A stretch of 64,000 nt of DNA. Source: a virus. Its lineage: Duplodnaviria; Caudoviricetes. Location of the stretch: positions 28,766-92,765 of IMG/VR virus record IMGVR_UViG_3300037067_024922; one strand, written 5' to 3'. Shown here one piece after another: positions 19,250-27,749 of this stretch. A model generated the notes under the pieces. That model made no database searches, was not told the origin of the DNA, and saw only the letters and a list, made by a program, of their open reading frames with translations. The position numbers and the translations under genes are program-made. The number at the start of each line of letters is the position of its first letter. Positions within the stretch are counted from its first letter, which is position 1.

Positions 19250-20152
19250 ATGGCAAAGGTTTTGATTACAGGCGGCAAGGGATTTATAGGAAGATATCTG
19301 TCCCGTATGATGAGGGCTGAGGGATGGTATGTGGTAGATGCAGACCATAATGAGCTTGATGTGACAAGGCCGGAAACCTTTGATTGGCTCAGAGGGGCCA
19401 ACTTTGATGCTATTGTTCATTTGGCCGCCCTCTTGATGATCGATGGCAACAAATATAAACCCGTGGACTATTTCAAGGTCAATACCATTGGCACTTTTAA
19501 TGTGTTGGAGTTCTGTCGCAAAGAAGGGATACCCACCTTGATTTATGCAATGACGCACTCGGATGTAAATGCAAGAGGACCCATAATATCTCCTCATTGT
19601 GAACATTCATTTGTAACAGGATCTTGGGAAAACAACTCTGTCCCTTTTATATCTTCGAAGATTGCTGCTGCCGATATGATTGAATCTTATAGCTTGAGTG
19701 GGGTCATTAGGGGGGTTATCCTCCGCTTGGCAAACATCCGGGGATATGGAAGTCGTGATGAGAAATACAATTGTGTGTTTCATCAGTTCATTCAAAAAGC
19801 ATTGAGAGGCGAGTCGATTGAGATCTGGGGCGACCCTCCTAAAACAGTCAGGGATCTGATATATGTGAAGGATGTTTGTTCTGCGATTATGGCAGCAATA
19901 TCGGAAGAATCAGAAGAAGGATATTTTAACATCGGCTCCGGAGTTGGTTTGACCATTGAGGATGAGGCCAAGGCGATCCTAAAAGTGTTTGGCAAAGAAG
20001 GTAGCGGCCTGATTTATCGTTCAGACATTCCGGAGGTCAGAAAGACCAGTTGTGTTTTTGATACCGGAGAGGCTTGTTTGAGTTTGGGCTGGGCTCCGGA
20101 ATATGATTATGTTCAAGCAATGATGGATTACAAGAAAGAAGCCGGACTATAA
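19250..20152 (+). CDS. NAD-dependent epimerase/dehydratase-like SDR with FxxxK instead of YxxxK
   Basis: GGKGFIG, HLAA, NTIGTFNVLE, PFISSK, RDLIYVKDV, FNIGSG. Confidence 0.85.
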   Translation: MAKVLITGGKGFIGRYLSRMMRAEGWYVVDADHNELDVTRPETFDWLRGANFDAIVHLAALLMIDGNKYKPVDYFKVNTIGTFNVLEFCRKEGIPTLIYAMTHSDVNARGPIISPHCEHSFVTGSWENNSVPFISSKIAAADMIESYSLSGVIRGVILRLANIRGYGSRDEKYNCVFHQFIQKALRGESIEIWGDPPKTVRDLIYVKDVCSAIMAAISEESEEGYFNIGSGVGLTIEDEAKAILKVFGKEGSGLIYRSDIPEVRKTSCVFDTGEACLSLGWAPEYDYVQAMMDYKKEAGL

Positions 20153-20182
20153 AACTTCTGGGATTGATGGAGGATCTTAAAT

Positions 20183-21649
20183 ATGAATTTTATACCAGAT
20201 ACAAAAGGGCTTTTTTATGAGAAGCAGAGAAATAAATGGGCAATGATTGAAGCTCTCCTTGGAGGAGAGGAGGCAATCAAAGAGGCTGGTAAATTGTATT
20301 TGCCGCAATTGTCCGGGCAAACTGAAACACAGTATAAGACATATAGAGACAGGGGAAGCTTTTTTAATGCATTCGCAAGGACGATAACAGGATTGACAGG
20401 TGCCATAATCCGCAAGGAGCCTTCTATCAAGACAAGCCCAGAAATTGATAAATCGCTTTCATCGATCACGCTTGCAGGAGAATCAATTCAGGAAGTGATT
20501 AGGATGATCACCCAGGAGGTTCTCTCGTATGGATATTACGGCATTTTGGTCGATATGCCTTTTGTGGCTGAAGATAAAATATCACCTACCAATACAAATC
20601 CGTATTTTGCTTTGTATCCCTGCGCATCGATTTTGAATTGGGAGACAGTACAGGTTGGTGATGAGTCAAAATTGATTATGCTGACCTTGGCCGAGACTGT
20701 TTATAAGAAGGACCCTGAAAATGTTCTTTCCCTTATCGCAGTAGATCAGGTCAGGCTTCTTAACATAGACAAGCAAGGTGTTTTGGTTGTAAGTATATTC
20801 CAAAAAATTGAGAAGCCAAACAAGCAAGGTGATGCTGAATGGGTTCAGTATGGAGACGATATTTATCCAAAAGTGAGAGGGAAAAACATGGATCATATTC
20901 CCTTTGTCTTTTTTGGGGCAGTATCAAACAATCCCATTCCGACTGCACCTCCTTTGGTGGATCTCGCCAATTTGAATATAAAGCATTGGCAAGTCAATGT
21001 TGATTATTATCACGGCCTTCATTTTTGTGCAATGCCGACTCCTTGGGCATCAGGATTTGGCAAGGAAACAGATTTGTATGTCGGATGCGAGAAGGCTTGG
21101 GTTTCTGATGATCCTCAAGCGCAGTGTGGGTTCCTTGAATTTACAGGAACCGGTCTTGGCGCGATAGAAAAAGCATTGGATAAACTTGAGTGCCAAATGG
21201 CCATTATGGGAGCAAGGATGCTCGAAGAGCAGAAGAAGGCAGCCGAAGCGGCAGAAACTGTGGTGATGAGATATTCGGGTGATACCGCGACATTGTCAAG
21301 CATCGTTACCTCTGTTGAGCAAGGGGTCATCAAAGCAATTGATCTGATCGGTGATTGGAAGGGGATTGAAGCAAAGACAGAGGTCAGGATGAATAGAGAT
21401 TTTGTATCCATCAAGCTCTCTGCTCAGGACATCACGGCTCTGCTTCAGGCAAGACAGGCTGGCGAGATCAGCCAGGGCACTTTCCTGTACAACTTGCAGG
21501 TCGGTGAGATCCTGCCGCCTGATAGGACAATTGAAGACGAAAAGGCTTTGATTGAAAACGAATACAATGCCTTTTCCAGCAAGCGTATGTATGATGAGGA
21601 TGGCAACGAGATTGATGAAAATGGGAACATCATAACTCCTGCAGAATAG
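20183..21649 (+). CDS. Portal protein (DUF4055-type)
   Basis: YLPQL, RTITGLTG, IPFVFFG, PPLVDLANLNIKHW, MAIMGARML; size and position. Confidence 0.9.
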   Translation: MNFIPDTKGLFYEKQRNKWAMIEALLGGEEAIKEAGKLYLPQLSGQTETQYKTYRDRGSFFNAFARTITGLTGAIIRKEPSIKTSPEIDKSLSSITLAGESIQEVIRMITQEVLSYGYYGILVDMPFVAEDKISPTNTNPYFALYPCASILNWETVQVGDESKLIMLTLAETVYKKDPENVLSLIAVDQVRLLNIDKQGVLVVSIFQKIEKPNKQGDAEWVQYGDDIYPKVRGKNMDHIPFVFFGAVSNNPIPTAPPLVDLANLNIKHWQVNVDYYHGLHFCAMPTPWASGFGKETDLYVGCEKAWVSDDPQAQCGFLEFTGTGLGAIEKALDKLECQMAIMGARMLEEQKKAAEAAETVVMRYSGDTATLSSIVTSVEQGVIKAIDLIGDWKGIEAKTEVRMNRDFVSIKLSAQDITALLQARQAGEISQGTFLYNLQVGEILPPDRTIEDEKALIENEYNAFSSKRMYDEDGNEIDENGNIITPAE

Positions 21650-21668
21650 AGGATCTTAGGAAACGCCA

Positions 21669-24065
21669 ATGCCCAAAAAGATACCAAACAAGATCCTTGA
21701 TGCTACATTGAAAGATACCATCCTCACTGATCGGTATGGCGTTGGTCTCAACAGCAAAATTCAATCTCTTCTCAAATCGACCGAGGATGAGATTGTTGCT
21801 GCCATTGCGAAGATAGACCCTACTTCGCCGACAATGACCAAATGGAAGCAGCAGCGTTTAGAAAAATTACAATCACAGATTTCAGATATCGTCAAGACAG
21901 GGTACAAAGATATTTCTTCCTTAACAAGTGGCGAGCTTACTGCCTTGGCCAAAACTCAAGCCAAAAATGTAGTCAGTAAATTCAACAATGCGGTGGGAGC
22001 GGATCTCTTTCAGGTTACGCTCACCCCAGACAATGTTAAAAGCATTGCCCAAAACACCCTAATCGATGGTGCCACGATAAAGGATTGGTGGAACAAGCAA
22101 AGCTCTGATACCCAGAACCGATTAAGAAAGGCGATGGCGGCAGGTACTCAGGCTTTACAAATTGGGATGATGCAGGGCGAATCTGTAGGAGATTTAATAG
22201 GAAGAATACGGGGCACTGCTTTGACCCCAGGTGTAATGAGTATCTCCAAGCGAGAGGCGACAGCCCTTGTCAGAACCAGCGTCATGCAGGTTGCCAATGT
22301 AACGAGGCAGGAGACGTACAAGGCCAATGCCGATGTGTTGGATGGATTTGAATTCATCGCCACTCTTGACTCAGCTACCTGTCCTCGCTGTCGGGTCTAT
22401 GATGGGAAAAAGTACGATATGGATATGCAGCCGATTGGGCATGAGCTTCCTTTCCCGGGGACTCCCGTTCATTTTAATTGCTTAATTGATTATCAAGTAC
22501 CTGTTTATACTTTAAAAGGATGGAAGCCAATCGGTGAAATTGAAAAAGGAGATTTGGTTTTAACTCATAAAGGCAGATTTAGAAAAGTAACAAAATTGAT
22601 TTTTGCTCACAGCCAACAACCAGAGGTCGTTAAATTTTCTTTGGAAGGATTGGGTTGGAGGAATAATTTAACGATAACAGAAGATCATCCTGTTATGATT
22701 AATGGGAAATGGTGTCCAGCTAAAGATATAAAAAGTGGAGATAAAATTTTGTTTTTATCTCATAAGTGCGGAAGGAAAGAATGTCAGAAACAAATTCCTT
22801 ATTTTAGGAAATATTGTAGTTTCTCTTGCCGTTCTAAAGAAATGGTTCCAGGAACTTGGACTGATGAGAGAAGAAAAAGTGTTTCAATTAAAAATAGTGA
22901 ATCCAATCTTAGGCAGTATGAATCGGGATTAAGAGATGCAAAAAAAGGAACTGCTGCCGCGAATATTAAAACAAGACAAATGGTAGCTGATGGAATTCAT
23001 CCTTTTCAGAGAAACGATGTTAAAGAAAATTCTAAAAAACGAAGACATAGTGAAAAATGGAAAACCAGCATCCATCAATATATGACGACAAGAAATCCAA
23101 GTTATAACCCGGAATTTGTGGAAAAACAAAGAAAATCAAGAGAAGCAACAATGCTTGCCCATCCTGAACTTCACCCAAATGTTATAATGGCTCAAAAAGG
23201 TTTTATGAGTTCTTTGGAAAAAAAGATGCAATTGGTTTTGGATAATCTTGGGATTGATTATATTAGACAATGCCCTATTGGCCGATATTTTGCAGATTTT
23301 GCAATTCCAGATTTGATGATTGTTATTGAGGTTGATGGTATTTTTTGGCATAAGGATACTAAAGACAAAGATTTAAGGAGACAAAAAATTCTTGAAAAAA
23401 TGGGATGGCAAGTAGTAAGATACGATGATAATCAATTATCAAATATGTTATCTGTTCAAGAAGAGCTTAATCGACTATTTGCAAATCATGAAGGGAAATA
23501 TGAATTTACCGAATTTGAAGTTTCAGTTATAAAAAAGTGGAAGGTTAGAAGGCCTAAAAGACTTTATAATTTCAGTGTAGAGGAAGATGAAAGTTATATT
23601 GTTCAAGGGTTTGTTGTTCATAATTGCAGGTGTACCACCGCGCCAATCACAAAATCATGGGCTGAATTGGCAGGGACAGATTCTCCCTTATCAAAGAAAC
23701 AATTGGGGATTCTTGACAGCATCCCGGTCGGCCAACGATCATCGATGAATGGACAGGTAAGCGGCAATGTAACATATAATGAATGGCTCAAATCTCAACC
23801 TGTCGATATCCAGCAAGAGATCCTTGGTCCTGGGAAATTCAGGCTGTGGTCTGAGAATAAACTTGATATGGTGGATCTTGTCAACAACAATGGTAGCCCA
23901 TTGACGATTAAAGAATTGCAGGCCAAATTAGGGACTGGTGTTACAACAAGCAGAGCAGAGTTGGTCAAAGAAGCAGAGAAGATAAAAGCAACCAATGAAT
24001 CGCTTGTCGCTGTTGATAAAGAGCGAGTGGCCGATTTCATTGGTGATTGTTTTGTGATGGAATGA
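21669..24065 (+). CDS. MuF/gp7-like minor head morphogenesis protein containing an intein
   Basis: LVRT, FIATLDSATCPRC, PVHFN|CRCT motif split by intein; YNEWL...ILGPGK. Confidence 0.9.
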   Translation: MPKKIPNKILDATLKDTILTDRYGVGLNSKIQSLLKSTEDEIVAAIAKIDPTSPTMTKWKQQRLEKLQSQISDIVKTGYKDISSLTSGELTALAKTQAKNVVSKFNNAVGADLFQVTLTPDNVKSIAQNTLIDGATIKDWWNKQSSDTQNRLRKAMAAGTQALQIGMMQGESVGDLIGRIRGTALTPGVMSISKREATALVRTSVMQVANVTRQETYKANADVLDGFEFIATLDSATCPRCRVYDGKKYDMDMQPIGHELPFPGTPVHFNCLIDYQVPVYTLKGWKPIGEIEKGDLVLTHKGRFRKVTKLIFAHSQQPEVVKFSLEGLGWRNNLTITEDHPVMINGKWCPAKDIKSGDKILFLSHKCGRKECQKQIPYFRKYCSFSCRSKEMVPGTWTDERRKSVSIKNSESNLRQYESGLRDAKKGTAAANIKTRQMVADGIHPFQRNDVKENSKKRRHSEKWKTSIHQYMTTRNPSYNPEFVEKQRKSREATMLAHPELHPNVIMAQKGFMSSLEKKMQLVLDNLGIDYIRQCPIGRYFADFAIPDLMIVIEVDGIFWHKDTKDKDLRRQKILEKMGWQVVRYDDNQLSNMLSVQEELNRLFANHEGKYEFTEFEVSVIKKWKVRRPKRLYNFSVEEDESYIVQGFVVHNCRCTTAPITKSWAELAGTDSPLSKKQLGILDSIPVGQRSSMNGQVSGNVTYNEWLKSQPVDIQQEILGPGKFRLWSENKLDMVDLVNNNGSPLTIKELQAKLGTGVTTSRAELVKEAEKIKATNESLVAVDKERVADFIGDCFVME
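22479..23624 (+). mobile_element. Intein (382 aa) with DUF559/Vsr-like endonuclease domain
   Basis: Begins CLIDYQVPV, block B TEDHP, ends YNFSVEEDESYIVQGFVVHN before C+1; internal YFADF...IEVDGIFWH; visibly AT-richer than its flanks. Confidence 0.92.
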
Positions 24066-24796
24066 TGGCAGATAATCCACGACAGGAATATGTCCGCAAG
24101 AATGTAGCCAGACTCGAGAAAGTCCAGTTGGGATATAAGGCCGAGGAGCTTACAGCCAAGTTGGAGGGAGGCATAACAACAGCCCATACCTTTACGATGG
24201 ATGTTATAATCGCTGCTGAGAAACGAGCTATTGAGGTAAAGGCACAGCATGTCCTTGCAAAGAAATATGCCTGTCGGATGGAAAGGGATGCTCTTGCCGA
24301 TAAAATTGCCTTTGGTAAGAAGATGGGCTATAAACTTGAAACAAGACTTATAATAATAGATGATAGTACGCCAGACCATATCATGGCAGTCTATAAAAAA
24401 GCTGGGGTTGGAAATTTTGATGTGCAGGCAATGGAATTTGTTGGCTCTTACGACAGGTATGGGAAGGAGCTTGGTATTAAGTTTGATAAATGGGGAAAGA
24501 GAGTTGGGGATATTTCTGCTGTGACAGAAAAGCAAGAAGTCATTACGATGAGCTTAAATAAATTTAAGTCCATCATCAAGAAAGAAGGGGATTATTTAAC
24601 GATGTATCCCTCCAGCATGAGCCGAAATTGGGATGGTACAAGCTGGCAAGCACAATGGGGACACGGAGAGAGTTTTTATGTTAAAACCTATGCTGCAAAA
24701 CAAGACCATGGCCTTGCATTTAGCAGAAAAAAGGCGACAGAGGAAGCATATAGGCAATACGCAAAACAGAGAAATATAGCCTTGAACATGGATTAG
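24062..24796 (+). CDS. PD-(D/E)xK nuclease-like protein directly after MuF (candidate MuF-associated toxin)
   Basis: GYKAEE...MDVII...AIEVKA; ATGA overlap with the MuF stop. Confidence 0.6.
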   Translation: MMADNPRQEYVRKNVARLEKVQLGYKAEELTAKLEGGITTAHTFTMDVIIAAEKRAIEVKAQHVLAKKYACRMERDALADKIAFGKKMGYKLETRLIIIDDSTPDHIMAVYKKAGVGNFDVQAMEFVGSYDRYGKELGIKFDKWGKRVGDISAVTEKQEVITMSLNKFKSIIKKEGDYLTMYPSSMSRNWDGTSWQAQWGHGESFYVKTYAAKQDHGLAFSRKKATEEAYRQYAKQRNIALNMD

Positions 24797-24809
24797 AAAA
24801 GGTGATTAA

Positions 24810-25124
24810 ATGAGCATCTCATTATTTTACAGCAAAGACCGAGGATTTTACCTTGGCAGTGCAGCAGTGATCAATGAATTCATGAATGAGATTTGCAAGT
24901 ATGGTCATTATCCCTCCTTAGTCAAAAGGAATTGCAACTGGGGTGTAATTCATTTTGAAGACCAGCCTGTCGATCTTGATAACACAAATCTGACAAAGAC
25001 TCTGGAAGAGATAGAGGATTTATTAACAAAGCCTTTGTCAAGCCAATCGATGGCGATAGCTTTGACAATACATCGAGCCTGTGAATATGCCAAAGAGCAT
25101 AAGTTGGATCTCGAATTTGCATGA
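24810..25124 (+). CDS. Small hypothetical protein (candidate immunity protein)
   Basis: RBS; follows the nuclease-like gene. Confidence 0.5.
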   Translation: MSISLFYSKDRGFYLGSAAVINEFMNEICKYGHYPSLVKRNCNWGVIHFEDQPVDLDNTNLTKTLEEIEDLLTKPLSSQSMAIALTIHRACEYAKEHKLDLEFA

Positions 25125-25237
25125 TATCAGCATTCTGTTGGCTGTAAAAATAAACGGTTGTGATGAAGAAATATCTTTTATTTTGTAAAAATAACAATTA
25201 TAATCACCTTAACAAAAAACCGGGAGGAGGAAAATAT

Positions 25238-26005
25238 ATGGCATTGAAGTTGGTTATCGACAAGTTGGAGGACGTTGCGGAGGGTCTTCGCGATCAGTAT
25301 AAGCTGGCCGGAGATGGCAAATTTCACCTTCAAACAGACGAGGACATGGAATCCAAGAAAAAGATCGAGGAGTTCCGAACCACCAATATCACTTTGATGA
25401 AGAAGCAGAAGGAGTTGGAGGATCAGCTGAAGGATCTTGGCGATCCAAAAGAGATCGTGGCCATGAGGCAAAAGATCCAGCAGATCGAAGACAAAAAATT
25501 GATCGAAGCCGGGAAGCTTGATGAACTCGTTGAGCAGAAGGTTGAGCGGATGCGGAACGATTTCCAAGCCCAGCTCGAAGCCTTAAAAAAGGCAAACGAG
25601 ACCAAGGAGGCCGAGCTTCAGAAAACCACCGCCAGATTGTCTGAAGTCCTGATTGATTCGGAGATCACCAAGGCCGTGACTGCTGTGGGCACTGTTCGGA
25701 AAGACGCCATGCAGGATATTATCTCCAGAGGGAAGAGGGTATGGCGGCTCGAAGATGGCAAGCCCATTCCAAAAGATGGGGACAAGCTCCTGTTTGGCAA
25801 GGACGGGAAAAATCCTCTGACATTTGAGGAATGGGCAATGATCCTTTCTCAGACAGCCCCGTTTCTATTTGAAACGACAACCGGTGGCGGCGGGACAGGT
25901 GGTCAGCATCAGGATCTTTCTAAAGGCAAGGAGGATCTGTCAAAGATCAGTCCTGAGGAAAGATTGAAAAGAATCCATGAGAGGCAAGACCAGAAGAAGG
26001 CATAA
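25238..26005 (+). CDS. Capsid scaffolding protein
   Basis: MALKLVIDKLEDV start, coiled coil, PFLF..GGGG tail; upstream of the MCP. Confidence 0.85.
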   Translation: MALKLVIDKLEDVAEGLRDQYKLAGDGKFHLQTDEDMESKKKIEEFRTTNITLMKKQKELEDQLKDLGDPKEIVAMRQKIQQIEDKKLIEAGKLDELVEQKVERMRNDFQAQLEALKKANETKEAELQKTTARLSEVLIDSEITKAVTAVGTVRKDAMQDIISRGKRVWRLEDGKPIPKDGDKLLFGKDGKNPLTFEEWAMILSQTAPFLFETTTGGGGTGGQHQDLSKGKEDLSKISPEERLKRIHERQDQKKA

Positions 26006-26244
26006 GAAGCAGACATAACTTCCTATCACATATCTTTGCGGCGCGAAGCGATCTGATGGGAAGAATCCATGAGAGGTAGGTATGATAAAAGGCTCGGTGA
26101 GCCGAAAGAGTAAATAAAATTAGTTTCAAAGCGGAGCAGCGAAACGAGATCCCGGTGGGATTTAACCTTAATTGGTTTTATTCTGCCGGGATTTTTGTTT
26201 GCGGAGAATGAACCAGAAAATTCAAGAATAGGAGGTTGGAAAAA

Positions 26245-27183
26245 ATGGCACTGACACTTATCGAAGCTGCAAAAGAAGCATTGGGAAGGGATGAAGATCT
26301 TCAGGCGACAGTCATGCAGCTGTTTGCAAAAAACAGCGATGTTCTGTTGAACATGCCTTTTGAAAACATCCAGGGGAATGCACTCAAGTTCAACAGGGAG
26401 AAAATGCTTCCTGGGGTTGCATTCAGGGGCGTAAACGAGGCCTACACGGAAAGCACCGGAGAGCTCGAGCCGGTCGTTGAATCTCTGGCCATTGCCGGAG
26501 GCGATCTGGATGTCGATGTCTTCTTGGTGAAGACCGGTGGGGCCAACCAGCGAGGGACTCAGGAAGGGCTCAAGATCAAGGCTTTGTCCCTGAGTTTGAC
26601 AAAAGCGATGATCAAGGGAGATGTGACCTCTGATCCGAAGTCCTTCGATGGATTGCAGGTCCGTTGTACCGGAGATCAGCTCATCGAGTCATCGGCAACC
26701 ACGATCTATGCAGCTTTGTCTCTGGCCAAGCTGGACGAGACAATTGACGCGGTGGAGGATGCGACCCATCTGCTGATGAACAAGACAATGCGTCGGTTGC
26801 TTTCGGCAGCGGCCAGAAGCGCATCTGTCGGTGGGTACATCACCTACGATCTGGATGCATTCGGTCGCAGGGTGACGCGATACAATGATCTTCCGATTAT
26901 GATCGCGGACAAGGATGAGGACAACTCGGACATCATGGCCTTTGACGAGCTTGGTCCTTCGACCTCAACCAAGGCGACATCAACTTCCATTTACTGCATC
27001 AGCTTTGCACCGAATGGGGTGATGGGGCTTCAGTCCTCGCCGATGGATGTCAGGGATCTCGGAGAGCAGCAGGATAAGCCTGTCTACAGGACGAGGGTTG
27101 AGTGGTATCTCACTCTCGGAATGTTGCGGCCACGTGCTGCTGCTCGGCTGCGTGGGATCAAGAATACCACGGTGGCGGTGTAA
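26245..27183 (+). CDS. Major capsid protein
   Basis: MALTLIEAAK, LPGVAFRGVNE, GGDLDVD, FDGL, YRTRVEWY, AAARLRGI (resembles BPP-1-type capsid proteins). Confidence 0.92.
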   Translation: MALTLIEAAKEALGRDEDLQATVMQLFAKNSDVLLNMPFENIQGNALKFNREKMLPGVAFRGVNEAYTESTGELEPVVESLAIAGGDLDVDVFLVKTGGANQRGTQEGLKIKALSLSLTKAMIKGDVTSDPKSFDGLQVRCTGDQLIESSATTIYAALSLAKLDETIDAVEDATHLLMNKTMRRLLSAAARSASVGGYITYDLDAFGRRVTRYNDLPIMIADKDEDNSDIMAFDELGPSTSTKATSTSIYCISFAPNGVMGLQSSPMDVRDLGEQQDKPVYRTRVEWYLTLGMLRPRAAARLRGIKNTTVAV

Positions 27184-27247
27184 TCATCATCTTTTGGTGG
27201 TGATCTTGATTTTGTTTTATAAAAAATAACAGAAGGAGGTATCAGAC

Positions 27248-27730
27248 ATGTTGGATAATAGGAAAGTGATCATCGATGATGAATTGCTCATCGCGGATAC
27301 CGGCTCGGCGGCAATCGATGCCACGGCGGCGGCAACAGTTGATGCTGTGGCCAAGGTCATCGACACCGGTGGCGGTCTTACAAAAGGGATGTTTGTTGTT
27401 GATGTTGCCTCTATCGCAGGTAGCGGTCAGGCAACCAACTGCCAGCTGATCCAGGTGGAGCTGGAAGGATCAACGACAAGCACATTTACGGCATGGGTTC
27501 GGCTGGCGGGATTCCGGCTCGGGCCAGTGGCTGTCGGCCATGGAAGACAGTCCGCGGATGCTTCGGCGGCATCGTCCACCACCGGTCGTTATATGACGCC
27601 GTTCCATAACGACTTCCACGGTACGGTGTATCGTTGGCTGAGGGTTTATGTAACCTTCAATGGATCGGCAAACGCTGCCGTTCAGACTCCGACAATCAAG
27701 TTCAAGGCTTGGCTGTCGAAGTTGTCATAA
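27248..27730 (+). CDS. Capsid cement/decoration protein, Ala/Thr/Ser-rich
   Basis: Immediately after the MCP; beta-rich; YRWLRVYVT C-terminal pattern. Confidence 0.7.
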   Translation: MLDNRKVIIDDELLIADTGSAAIDATAAATVDAVAKVIDTGGGLTKGMFVVDVASIAGSGQATNCQLIQVELEGSTTSTFTAWVRLAGFRLGPVAVGHGRQSADASAASSTTGRYMTPFHNDFHGTVYRWLRVYVTFNGSANAAVQTPTIKFKAWLSKLS

Positions 27731-27749
27731 GGAAAGGAGCAAGCATACA

